Assembly: GCA_023261815.1 (NCBI GenBank)
Contig: JALNKA010000010.1
Coordinates: forward strand, 1-34,152
Source: Candidatus Wolframiiraptor sinensis
Lineage (GTDB): Archaea > Thermoproteota > Nitrososphaeria_A > Caldarchaeales > Wolframiiraptoraceae
DNA: 34,152 bases
Direction of reading: 5' to 3'
The position numbers were made by a program, and so were the translations under genes. Below the pieces are notes generated by a model. That model searched no databases, was not told where the DNA came from, and saw nothing but the letters and a program-made list of their open reading frames with translations. Each line of letters starts with the position of its first letter. The first letter of the stretch is position 1. This document shows, piece by piece, positions 25,998 through 34,152 of this stretch.

Positions 25998-27239
25998 ATG
26001 AAGGTGATTCTCGTAGTCTGCGATGGTCTGGGCGATAGGCCCGTGAGAGCTCTCGGCGGCCTAACTCCCTTGCAGGCCGCTAGAGCTGACGCTCTCGATA
26101 GAATAGCCTCTGAGGGCGAGTGCGGGATAATGGATGTGATAGCGCCTGGACAGCCTCCTGGAAGCGATACAGCTCATCTCGCAATCTTCGGCTACGACCC
26201 CTTCGCATGCTATCCCGGTAGGGGGGCTTTCGAGGCCCTCGGAGTCGGCGTCGAGCTCCAGCCGGGCGATGTGGCCTTCAGATGCAACTTCGGAACAGTG
26301 AACGAGGATGGCGTTGTAATTGATAGGAGGGCTGGGAGGATAAGTAGCGAGGAGGCTAGACAGCTTGCCGAGGCCTTGAAGGAGGTCAGGATCGAAAGCG
26401 TCAGCGGGGTCCAGGCAATCTTCCATCATTCATCCGAGCATCGGGGAGTCCTAGTTCTGAGGGGTGAGAGACTTTCCAGGCACGTCTCTGATGTCGATAC
26501 GCATAAGGCTGGCGTGAGACCCGCGGCTCCCAGGGCCCTTGATAATAGCCCGGAGGCGGAGAGAACCGCTAAGGCTCTTCAGGAATTCCTCGAGAAGGCG
26601 GGCAGGATTCTGGCAGAGCACCCGCTGAATCGGGATCGGATTAGGAGGGGCCTGATGCCCGCGAACACTCTACTGCCCCGCGGAGCTGGAACTCTTCCAA
26701 GGATTGAGCCCATCACGAAGATCTGGGGCGTGAGGGCTGCGGCAATCGCCGGCGGCGGATTGTATAAGGGGGTCGCGAAGGCCGTAGGCTTCGAGCTCAT
26801 CCATGTTCCCGGAGCAAATGGCACGGTGAACACGAATTTGAGGGGGAAGGTCGAGGCGGCCATAAGAGCCCTGGACGATTACGATCTCGTCTTCCTGCAC
26901 GTTAAGGCGACGGATAACGTGAGCCATGACAAAAATCCGGCGAAGAAGGTCAAGGTGATCGAGTGGATCTCGAGGGAGCTGATGCCGCTGGTCGAGAAGG
27001 TGTCATCCGAGGGATACTATCTCGCGATCACGGGAGATCACACGACGCCCAGCGAGGTTGGAGAGCATAGAGGCGACCCCGTACCGCTCGCGATCATGGG
27101 CCCAGACGTCCGCAGAGACGATGTCAGGAAGTTCGACGAGATCTCCTGCGCCCGTGGAGCTCTCTGCAGGATCAGGGGAACAGATCTCATGAGGATTCTG
27201 ATGAATTATCTCGGGAGGGTTCCATTATTCGGCGAGTGA
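25998..27239 (+). CDS. apgM: 2,3-bisphosphoglycerate-independent phosphoglycerate mutase (archaeal type)
   Basis: CDGLGDRP, TPL, PGSDTAHLAIFGYDP, GRG.FEALG, DRRAGRI, FLHVKATD..SHD, TGDHTTP, HRGDPVP. Confidence 0.96.
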   Translation: MKVILVVCDGLGDRPVRALGGLTPLQAARADALDRIASEGECGIMDVIAPGQPPGSDTAHLAIFGYDPFACYPGRGAFEALGVGVELQPGDVAFRCNFGTVNEDGVVIDRRAGRISSEEARQLAEALKEVRIESVSGVQAIFHHSSEHRGVLVLRGERLSRHVSDVDTHKAGVRPAAPRALDNSPEAERTAKALQEFLEKAGRILAEHPLNRDRIRRGLMPANTLLPRGAGTLPRIEPITKIWGVRAAAIAGGGLYKGVAKAVGFELIHVPGANGTVNTNLRGKVEAAIRALDDYDLVFLHVKATDNVSHDKNPAKKVKVIEWISRELMPLVEKVSSEGYYLAITGDHTTPSEVGEHRGDPVPLAIMGPDVRRDDVRKFDEISCARGALCRIRGTDLMRILMNYLGRVPLFGE

Positions 27240-27437
27240 GCGGCGGCCGGAGAACATTCTCCTGAGATTCTCCAAAACTCTCCTACCTTTTTCCAGCTCG
27301 AGCTCGCATCTCAGCCTTATGTATGCCTCGCGATCGAGTTCCCCGCGCCTATAGCGCTCCACAACATCCCTTATCCGCTCATCAATATCCCTCAGCCCAG
27401 CTCTTAGCGCGCTTTTGACCCGATCGCGCGCGCTCAT
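27225..27437 (-). CDS. Small basic hypothetical protein
   Basis: ~70-aa charged helical ORF filling the gap, with TATA-like TTAAATA upstream. Confidence 0.55.
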   Translation of the reverse strand: MSARDRVKSALRAGLRDIDERIRDVVERYRRGELDREAYIRLRCELELEKGRRVLENLRRMFSGRRSLAE

Positions 27438-27502
27438 CGCAGGAAGCATTCAGCATCCTGCCAAAAAAAAGTATTTAACAGTCGGGGCATAATTTACTTT
27501 CC

Positions 27503-27904
27503 GTGAAGGCCGTATCCGTCTGGATATCAGGGTTCAGGAGCGTGGTGGATAATGGTAGAGCTCATAGCGTGGTCGTGGATCTTCCTGTGAATCAGGGCGG
27601 CGAGGACCTAGGCCCAACAGCCCTCGAGCTCGCGTTAATGAGCCTGGCAGGGTGCATCGGGACGATCTTCGCCATCGTCGCCGGGAAGAGGAAGCTTAGC
27701 TACGAGAGCCTCAGAGTTGAGCTCGAGGCGGAGAAGGGCGAGAAGACAATAGAAAAGGTGAGAGGCGTCCTCAGGATAAAGACGGCGGCGAGCAGAGAGG
27801 AGGTCGAGACGGCGCTGAAGCTGACCATGGAGATATGTCCCGTTGGATTAATCTTCGAGAGAGCTGGAGCGAAGCCGGAGATCCGAGTAGAGCTTGAGAC
27901 TTAA
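27503..27904 (+). CDS. OsmC/Ohr-family protein
   Basis: GGEDLGPTALEL.L.SLAGC and EICPVG two-cysteine motifs. Confidence 0.9.
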   Translation: MKAVSVWISGFRSVVDNGRAHSVVVDLPVNQGGEDLGPTALELALMSLAGCIGTIFAIVAGKRKLSYESLRVELEAEKGEKTIEKVRGVLRIKTAASREEVETALKLTMEICPVGLIFERAGAKPEIRVELET

Positions 27905-27945
27905 CCTCCTCATCTTTATTTTCCACTAGAAGCCATTGTGCCGGC

Positions 27946-28500
27946 ATGAGTAAGAGGATCCTGATCGCCATAGGCGCTTCAAGCGATCCAGATCCGCCGC
28001 TAATCGCGGCTGATAAGGCGCGCAGGTTCGCTCAAGCACTCCTCAGATACAAGGATGACGTCATTTTGATGAGCGGCGGCGACGGCGGGCTGATGAGGAT
28101 CGCATGTAGGGAGTTCGTCGAGGGCGGCGGGCTGACCATCGGAATCATACCGGTCGAGGATGAGCTCATCTGCGAGAGCCACCCGAGATACAGCCCCTAT
28201 AATGTGATCTCAATTCTAAGCGGGATGACGTATCAGATGAGGAGCATAACGCTCGCTAGGAGCTGCAGCTCGATGGTGATCCTAGGCGGCGGCGCCGGAA
28301 CAATCATAGAGGCATTCTTAGCATATCTCTATGCGAAGCCCTTGATAATATTGATCGGGACCGGCTATCCATCGGATAAGCTCCGGGAATTTTGTGAAGA
28401 CGGGTACTTGGATCACCGTAGGATTGTCAAGGCGCATTTCACCGAGGATCCGGAGGAGGCTGCTGAGCTGGCGTATAGCCTCGCCGCGGCTAGGTCTTGA
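27946..28500 (+). CDS. LOG/SLOG-family (TIGR00725-like) protein
   Basis: SGGDGGLM, GGLTIGIIP, LGGGAGTIIE motifs. Confidence 0.88.
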   Translation: MSKRILIAIGASSDPDPPLIAADKARRFAQALLRYKDDVILMSGGDGGLMRIACREFVEGGGLTIGIIPVEDELICESHPRYSPYNVISILSGMTYQMRSITLARSCSSMVILGGGAGTIIEAFLAYLYAKPLIILIGTGYPSDKLREFCEDGYLDHRRIVKAHFTEDPEEAAELAYSLAAARS

Positions 28501-28999
28501 GCTGGACTATAGACCCCAGGATCGTTATAACGGCTATTATGGCGAGCTGCAGGGCTCCCGGCAGCGGTATTTCAGCCTGCGTCAACCCGACCACGAAGAT
28601 CAAGGAGCCGACGAACGCCGTGATCACCGAGAGGATCTTATCGAAGAGCGTTATCACTATTATCAAGACTACTAGGGCGAGGACGACCGCCAAGAGCACT
28701 CCAATAACATCTCTTAAGAGCAGGAATGTCGCGAAGCCCGCGAGTATTCCAGCGCCGAATCGCATGAGCAGGAGGAATATCAGGCCCAGTATCACGAAGC
28801 CCGCCACCGCGGCGAAATACGTGTAGGGCGGCTGGATGAATGCAGATGATACCAGTAGCGCGAGGAATGCTCCGATCAGCCCTCCTATCAGGAAGAATAG
28901 AATCTTCGCGAGCTTCCTCCCGAAGAAGGCGACTACAAGCCCCAGTATGATGAGTATCAAGCCCGATAGAAACTCAACTTGACCGCCTATCTCGAGCAT
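28490..28999 (-). CDS. Multi-pass membrane protein (DUF4203/TMEM198-like)
   Basis: GL..AFFGRKL.K..FFLIGG..G, ITAFVGS, G.IVQ end; highly hydrophobic. Confidence 0.65.
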   Translation of the reverse strand: MLEIGGQVEFLSGLILIILGLVVAFFGRKLAKILFFLIGGLIGAFLALLVSSAFIQPPYTYFAAVAGFVILGLIFLLLMRFGAGILAGFATFLLLRDVIGVLLAVVLALVVLIIVITLFDKILSVITAFVGSLIFVVGLTQAEIPLPGALQLAIIAVITILGSIVQLKT

Positions 29000-29054
29000 A
29001 TTTCTCTATTGCTCAAACATGGCATTAAGCCTTTTCCCGCCGCTCTTCTGCGCG

Positions 29055-29831
29055 CTAGGGAACCGCGAGGGTGATAGAGAGTCGCACATAAACCGATAAT
29101 GCGAGGCAGATGGCTGTGATCGTGAGAGCCGCGTAATCAGCTGGTCTCATCTTCAGCTCTCTCAAGAACGTCCTCTTCTTCGATGCTCCGAAGCACTTGA
29201 CCTCCATGGCCTCGGCTAGCTCATAGCTCCTCCTGAGCACGTTGACTATCAGGGGCACTAGGATGGGAACATATCTCCTGACTCTGGTTATCGGGCCTCC
29301 CTTATCGAGCTCCAGGCCGCGGGCTCTCTGAGCATCCATTATCGCTTGAAGCTCCTCCGCCAGCACCGGGGTGAACCTTATCGCGGAGATCAGTGCGAAG
29401 GAGTAGATGTATGGTATCCTGAGCTTCGTGAAGGTCATCCCGAGCTCCTCAGGCGTGGTCGTTAGGAAGAAAATGGAGAACGAGGCGATGAAAGCTATTA
29501 GCCTATATGAGGCCGTGAAGCTCCTGTAGATTATCTCGGGATCGTCGAAGGCTCCCGCCTGAAGCGATAGGAATAGGTAATTCATCGCGAAGACCAGGAT
29601 TATTAGAGGAATGGCGCCGTAGACGGTCTTAGCCCATCTCCTGAGAGTCCTGCTGGCCGCCGAGAGTAATGCCTCCGCCGCGATCACTATGCTCACGACC
29701 GTTATCTCGGAGTATAGGAGGGCCGTTATAAGGAGCGTTGAGGAGATCAAGAGCTTGACCCTTGGATCGAGCCTGTGAATGAAGCTTGATCCGGGCTGGA
29801 AGCGCAGGCCCTCCAGTATCGCCGCCATCAC
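29055..29831 (-). CDS. ecfT: ECF transporter T component (CbiQ/EcfT)
   Basis: SFIHRLDPRVK, RFTP.L.EE...IMDAQRARG, LAEAMEVKCF. Confidence 0.92.
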   Translation of the reverse strand: MMAAILEGLRFQPGSSFIHRLDPRVKLLISSTLLITALLYSEITVVSIVIAAEALLSAASRTLRRWAKTVYGAIPLIILVFAMNYLFLSLQAGAFDDPEIIYRSFTASYRLIAFIASFSIFFLTTTPEELGMTFTKLRIPYIYSFALISAIRFTPVLAEELQAIMDAQRARGLELDKGGPITRVRRYVPILVPLIVNVLRRSYELAEAMEVKCFGASKKRTFLRELKMRPADYAALTITAICLALSVYVRLSITLAVP

Positions 29832-30616
29832 CCATCACCAGGATCTCCATCCCTAAGCCTCACTTCAACCACGATACTCCTGGCGTTCTCGAGAATGTTC
29901 TCGCCGAGCTTGAGCGACGAGATGAATGCCTTCAAGAGATTCTGGAGGAGCTGCTGGGGCCATGGCCCGAGGGGGATCTCCTCGCCATCCACGCTCACCC
30001 TAGCCCTAAGCGCTCTTCTCGCCATGCAGTCCCTGATCGTGGCCTCACCACGCCGAATCGCCCTCGACATCCCCCGGCAAGACCCATACCTGCACCTGCC
30101 GCAATCCAGGCCTGGAACGAGCTCGACCCAATACTCGATCACGCTTCTCTTAACGAGCTCTAGGACATCATTCTCGCTCATAACTTGAATTCCGGCGATT
30201 CCCTTCGCAGATCCAAGTGACTTGAGGACTATCGCTCTCACGTTCGATAATGTCTTCAGCATCTCCTCCGCCTCTCGCTCATCCTCGGCGCAGAGGATCT
30301 TGGGATGAGGTGAGACTTTGAACCCCTCGGCAAGAATGAGGTCGGCCTCGACGTGAAGCGAGCTTACCGCATCCTCCAAGGATGCTCGGGATCGCCTAAT
30401 TGTTATGAGCTCTGACGGCGAGACTATGGAAGTCTCGATGGCGCCGGCCTCGAGATGCCTGCGGGAATCCTTGTCCGCGAGATCAACGCTCTCCATTGAG
30501 TGCTTTATGGTCGCAACCCTTACACCCGCCCTCGATAACTCCGCCACCAGCTTCTCGATAAGCCTGGTTTTACCCCTGCCCCTACCGAGGCTGACGACGC
30601 AGAATATCGGCGGCAT
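29828..30616 (-). CDS. mobB: MobB (molybdopterin-guanine dinucleotide biosynthesis B) fused to a 4Fe-4S domain
   Basis: GRGKT.LIEKL, VATIKH, KDS.RH..AGA, AEGFK; PGLDCGRCRYGSC...C FeS motif. Confidence 0.9.
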   Translation of the reverse strand: MPPIFCVVSLGRGRGKTRLIEKLVAELSRAGVRVATIKHSMESVDLADKDSRRHLEAGAIETSIVSPSELITIRRSRASLEDAVSSLHVEADLILAEGFKVSPHPKILCAEDEREAEEMLKTLSNVRAIVLKSLGSAKGIAGIQVMSENDVLELVKRSVIEYWVELVPGLDCGRCRYGSCRGMSRAIRRGEATIRDCMARRALRARVSVDGEEIPLGPWPQQLLQNLLKAFISSLKLGENILENARSIVVEVRLRDGDPGDG

Positions 30617-30661
30617 GGGCCAAGATCAACAACCTATAGACTAGCTCTTTATTTTATCCGT

Positions 30662-31027
30662 CTATTCTCCCTTATACCTCTTGATCCACTCGCTAACGAC
30701 ATCGTAGCCATAAAGTTTCCTCAATGCCTCCCTTCCCTCGGGAGTAACTCTTTCGGGGCTCCACATCGGCTCCCAGACGAGTTTGACCTTCACGCTCTTG
30801 GCCTCCGGCACCCTGCTCCTAACCTCCTCCTCGATCCTGTAGATTATCAGGCCCGCCATTGGACAGCCCACAGCCGTAAGAGTCATCTTAATCTCAACAT
30901 TACCCTCATCATCAACATCAATTCCATATACGAGCCCGAGATCATAGACGTTCACCGGTATCTCGGGATCATATGCCTCCCTAAGAGCCGCGATGACCTT
31001 GCTTCTGAGCTGATCCTTATTGATCAT
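30662..31027 (-). CDS. DUF59/SufT-family Fe-S cluster assembly protein
   Basis: YDPEIPVNVYDLGLVY, MTLTAVGCP, VWEPMW. Confidence 0.93.
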   Translation of the reverse strand: MINKDQLRSKVIAALREAYDPEIPVNVYDLGLVYGIDVDDEGNVEIKMTLTAVGCPMAGLIIYRIEEEVRSRVPEAKSVKVKLVWEPMWSPERVTPEGREALRKLYGYDVVSEWIKRYKGE

Positions 31028-31114
31028 TACTACGTTATGATTTAGGGCGCTATATAAGGTTGCGCCGCCGCGGGAAATTTTAAAATCGCGGGGCGCTAGC
31101 TTGATGCGTGGAGC

Positions 31115-31741
31115 ATGGCCTCTAGAAGGCGTAAGCTGGAGGAGGAGGTTTTCGGGAGGCTCTCCGAAGGTTTCATCGAGAAGTTGTCAAGGCTCGGGGT
31201 CAAGCCGATGATCATAACCGCACTAGCCTTCATCACGGCCCTGATCTCCGCGGCATCCTACTACCTGGGAGCGAGTATGCCGATGATTTACTTCCTCGCC
31301 GCTCTATTCTTGGCGCTCTCCGGATTCCTCGATGCCGTTGACGGGGCTGTGGCCAGGAAGCTTAAGATGACGAGCGATCTCGGCGCATTCTTGGACTCTG
31401 TCTTTGACAAGTTAGGAGAGGCAGCGATATATGTGGCGATCATCACCTCGGGGGCTGTCAGCGTGCTCTGGGGGACACTCGCCCTCACATCATCGCTAAT
31501 GGTGAGCTATGTGAGGCATAGGGCCGAGCCGCTTGGAGTAGATCTGAAGGGCGTGGGATTCATGGAGAGAGCTGAGCGCACTATGCTGCTGATCATCGCG
31601 TCCATAATAACGCCGTTCATCCGGCAGGCATTAGAGGTCTCCATGATCCTGATCGCCCTGCTCGCCATGATGACCGTCACGTGGAGAATGCTCTACGCCA
31701 TCCAAGCACTGAGAATGAGGGCTAGTCATAGGCGCTCTTGA
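31115..31741 (+). CDS. pgsA: CDP-alcohol phosphatidyltransferase (probable archaetidylinositol-phosphate synthase)
   Basis: DAVDGAVAR...GAFLDSVFD, SYVRHRAE, G.MERAER. Confidence 0.88.
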   Translation: MASRRRKLEEEVFGRLSEGFIEKLSRLGVKPMIITALAFITALISAASYYLGASMPMIYFLAALFLALSGFLDAVDGAVARKLKMTSDLGAFLDSVFDKLGEAAIYVAIITSGAVSVLWGTLALTSSLMVSYVRHRAEPLGVDLKGVGFMERAERTMLLIIASIITPFIRQALEVSMILIALLAMMTVTWRMLYAIQALRMRASHRRS

Positions 31742-32057
31742 ACCTTATCGCGCCCTTCTCAAAAACCAGCTCATAGACCTCGTTCACGTCGAGCTTTACT
31801 CCCAGCATCTCGTACTCCTCCTCAGTTAAGAGTAAAATCATCTTCGTTTTAACGGGGGGCGCGAGCATCAACCCCATTGACTGGAAGTAGCTCATGAGAT
31901 CCTGTAGCATAGATTGTATCATCAGGGTTTCAGGCGGCCCTGAAACTCTCGGAGCGGCCTGAACCCTCTTCTCCTCGATAAGCTCTATCATCTTGCCGTA
32001 TCTGCCTGTCTCGGGATCCCTCACGCTTGAAACCCTATGAACTCTGACGAGCACCAT
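31722..32057 (-). CDS. Arcadin-1-like protein
   Basis: VRV......DPETG.....IELIEE and LLLTEEEYE.LG..LDV.E.YEL.F..G.I.F match my recollection of crenarchaeal arcadin-1. Confidence 0.65.
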   Translation of the reverse strand: MVLVRVHRVSSVRDPETGRYGKMIELIEEKRVQAAPRVSGPPETLMIQSMLQDLMSYFQSMGLMLAPPVKTKMILLLTEEEYEMLGVKLDVNEVYELVFEKGAIRFKSAYD

Positions 32058-32072
32058 ATCCCCGCAAGCCTT

Positions 32073-32480
32073 CTAGACGGACTCCTCTAGATCCTCGATG
32101 TATTTAGAGTATTCGTCAGCCTCCATTAGATCCTCAGTCCTCAGCTCTTCAGCCAGCTCTATCTTCACTATCCACCCGCTACCGTATGGATCCTCATTTA
32201 TCAGCTCCGGATGATCCATGAGCTTGGAGTTCACCTTAACGATCCTCCCCGCGACCGGCGAATGTATCTCGACCGAAGCCTTGATTGACTCAACCACGGC
32301 AAGGGTCTCGCCCTCCTCGATAGATTGACCTATGCTCGGCAGCTCGATGTGGATTATGTCTCTGAGCTTTTTCTGACCATAATCGGTTATCCCTATCGTG
32401 ACGACATTATTATCAACCTTAATCCAGATATGATCTCTCACGTAATAGTATCCTTCGGGAATTTGATATTCCCCCGACAA
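32073..32480 (-). CDS. gcvH: Glycine cleavage system H protein (lipoyl carrier)
   Basis: HIW, IGITDYGQ, VESIKA (lipoyl Lys), SPVAG, P.LINEDPYGSGWI. Confidence 0.95.
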   Translation of the reverse strand: MSGEYQIPEGYYYVRDHIWIKVDNNVVTIGITDYGQKKLRDIIHIELPSIGQSIEEGETLAVVESIKASVEIHSPVAGRIVKVNSKLMDHPELINEDPYGSGWIVKIELAEELRTEDLMEADEYSKYIEDLEESV

Positions 32481-32531
32481 TTTTACCTCGCAAAGGCAAA
32501 ATCCCCGCTGATCTATAAGGTTTCCCTTATT

Positions 32532-32924
32532 TCAGGACCTCAATAGCTCCTCGATAGACTTGTACTCGCCCTTTTTGTAGTAGAGAATTCGAGATCTCAG
32601 TTTTACGGGCATTCCGAGATAATCGAAGAGGCTCATCAACGCGCTCCCCCTTATTTTCTGGCCTATCTCGCCCTTAATGATCTTCTCCGCCAAGATCATT
32701 ACTATCTTCTTGGCTTGCTCTGGATACTGCTCCAGCGCCGCATCCAGCACCTCATCCCCGCGCTCCACAAGATTCTCTCTAACTATCTTGAGGGCCTCCT
32801 CGAAGCTCAGCGGCTTCGCATTCTTCTCCGAGCCCGCGGCTTTCGCCCGCGATCTGAGTGCTGCGAGTTCCATGAACTTCCTGAGCTTGAGAGCTCTAAG
32901 CTCCAAGTCCTCCTCCATACTCAT
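32532..32924 (-). CDS. PDCD5-related dsDNA-binding-domain protein
   Basis: DLEL..LK.RK..EL N-terminus, L.ERG.EVL.AA..QYP, I.G..L..LF..LG. SD GAGGTGA. Confidence 0.6.
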   Translation of the reverse strand: MSMEEDLELRALKLRKFMELAALRSRAKAAGSEKNAKPLSFEEALKIVRENLVERGDEVLDAALEQYPEQAKKIVMILAEKIIKGEIGQKIRGSALMSLFDYLGMPVKLRSRILYYKKGEYKSIEELLRS

Positions 32925-33478
32925 CACCTCAGCTGAGCATCTATCAAAGACCTCGCTATAAAAGGGTTACAGCCTCCGAGAAATGCTCACCCCATACCTG
33001 CTTGTAGTAGACTATGTTCCTCGGAGGGAGGATGCATCATCCCCTTTTGTGGCGAATGAAGGCGGGCTCCACGCTTAGGCCGACTAGGCTCAAGCTCTCG
33101 AGGCATCCACGTCCTTTAAGGCTTCCACCTCCGCTCTAATTCTCTCCGGCATTCGGGGGCAATACTTTCAACCATGTTTATACACGTATCTTCTCAGAGT
33201 GCTTAAATATAAACTCAAAACGATCTATTGTAAATGCTCGACGTTTATTCGACCACCACTTCGCCGCCACCAGCTTCTATTAACAAAAATATCAGATCGT
33301 TTAGACTCATCCTCCTCCACTATTCTCTCATCTTTGACGTTACATGGATGCTTTTATCCTAGGCTCCTCCTCAGCTCGATCATTATCCCATGTGAGGCTA
33401 TCCGCGTAAGCCATTCATCTCCAGTCCATGAAACCTTATAATCGCGGTTATGGTTGATGGGTTTTTTAGGGTGGTGTT

Positions 33479-33724
33479 ATGGGCGAGGTCGTGGAGGGCG
33501 TGAGGCTCATAAATCTGACTCCCCACGAGATAACCATTTACATGGATCGAGGCGCGGTATCCATACCCCCCAGCGGCCTGGTCGCCGGGGTCTCGGTTAC
33601 CAGCATTGATATACCCATCAACCCCTCAACCGCGTGGGGTATGGTGGGGTCGAGGAGGAGGGCTTTGAGGATGCTGGCGAGGATGGCCGGCGGGATGGGA
33701 GCCGAGCTTATGAGCGGAAAGTGA
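33479..33724 (+). pseudogene. Truncated virus/plasmid-type hypothetical protein (LINLTPH...IPPSG motif)
   Basis: VRLINLTPHEITIY....VSIPPSGLVA motif, recalled from phage hypothetical proteins; similarity is lost after about 45 aa; immediately upstream of the IS110-like gene. Confidence 0.45.
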
Positions 33725-33729
33725 TCGAT

Positions 33730-34152
33730 ATGGTCAGGAGGGTTTATGTGGATACGGCATGGAAATCGAAGCTCCATACATGCTATGACCCGGCTGAGGA
33801 CGGGTTTTTTGAGGTCGAGGATCTCGCTGAGCTCGCCGGAAGATATGATGAGGTTTACATTGATTGCGCGCTTTTCCCGAATATGTGGCCTCAGCTGAAG
33901 GCGTTGATAAACGATGGCGCGAGGGTCTTCTACTTCGCGTGGCCTTGGAAGTGGAAGAGGCTACGCGAGAGATATGCCGACGATTTGAAGAGGAAGTTTT
34001 GGGAAGTGGAAGACGGATTACGGCGACGCATACGTTTTGTCGAGGATTCATGGTATGCCAAAGGCCTTTGCGGAAGTCACGCCCCTCGACGTGGAGTTCA
34101 AGCCATTGCTGATGAGGGAGAGGAGGGTGGTTAAGATCCTGAACGAGTTATA
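33730..34152 (+). pseudogene. Second IS110/Tas-like RuvC(DEDD) gene, N-terminal part, +1 frameshift near 33997-34000, cut by the window end
   Basis: MVRRVYVDTAWKSKLHTCY...EVYIDCA..., then after the TTTT slip GKWKTDYGDAYVLSRIHGMPKAFAEVTPLDVEFKPLLMRER, which aligns with DFGDAYILSRIRDEVPKAFREVTPLDAVFKPLLIKER at 3-113. Confidence 0.75.

Noticed and set aside
31451-31459. GGGGCTGTC match to the module motif
   Set aside because: It lies inside the pgsA coding sequence with no other scaffold elements nearby.
33459-33477. GGG-N7-GGGTGGTGT as a subterminal inverted repeat of the right-end ACACCACCC-N7-CCC
   Set aside because: It coincides with the Shine-Dalgarno of the 33479 ORF and is absent from the left end of the complete element at 8886.
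33634-34134. 166-aa ORF as a complete gene
   Set aside because: The first 32 codons precede the likely ATG (33730), and the last ~45 codons are out of frame relative to the conserved KTDYGDA continuation.
1-34152. Numerous antisense and alternate-frame ORFs overlapping the called genes; tRNA or rRNA genes
   Set aside because: These are shadow ORFs of GC-rich coding sequence with no motifs. No tRNA cloverleaf or rRNA signature was recognised by eye; a tRNAscan-SE or Infernal run would be decisive.

Overview
Archaeal chromosomal segment (~34 kb, gene-dense). Gene content (RadA, arcadin-1, RqcH, PDCD5-like protein) suggests a thermophilic TACK lineage, possibly Caldarchaeales/Aigarchaeota; this is inference. 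Most of the window is housekeeping, transport and cofactor genes: pheT, trxA, a NitT/TauT-type ABC transporter, an ECF transporter plus PRTase operon, rqcH, a bacterial-type transketolase, radA, iscS/thiI-like, apgM, mobB, gcvH. The notable signal is a mobile-element family built around an IS110/Tas-like RuvC(DEDD) protein, with partial paralogous copies at both window ends, and a ~130-nt structured non-coding module present three times (619-748, 3555-3660, 9109-9240). Each module carries two tandem GTGRT-[7-8 variable nt]-TA/TG-(A/G)TG(C/G) units; the first unit of the 3.6 kb copy has lost its GTGRT. The variable segments differ between copies and match that copy's own flanking DNA around a TA core. 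The 9 kb copy matches exactly at both ends (10+10 nt), the 3.6 kb copy matches 9 nt at its right end, and the copy next to the protein gene matches only partially. The reconstructed empty sites are TATA-box-like. This looks like a bridge/seek/tigRNA-like RNA-guided insertion system with a single symmetric target loop and non-autonomous derivatives.
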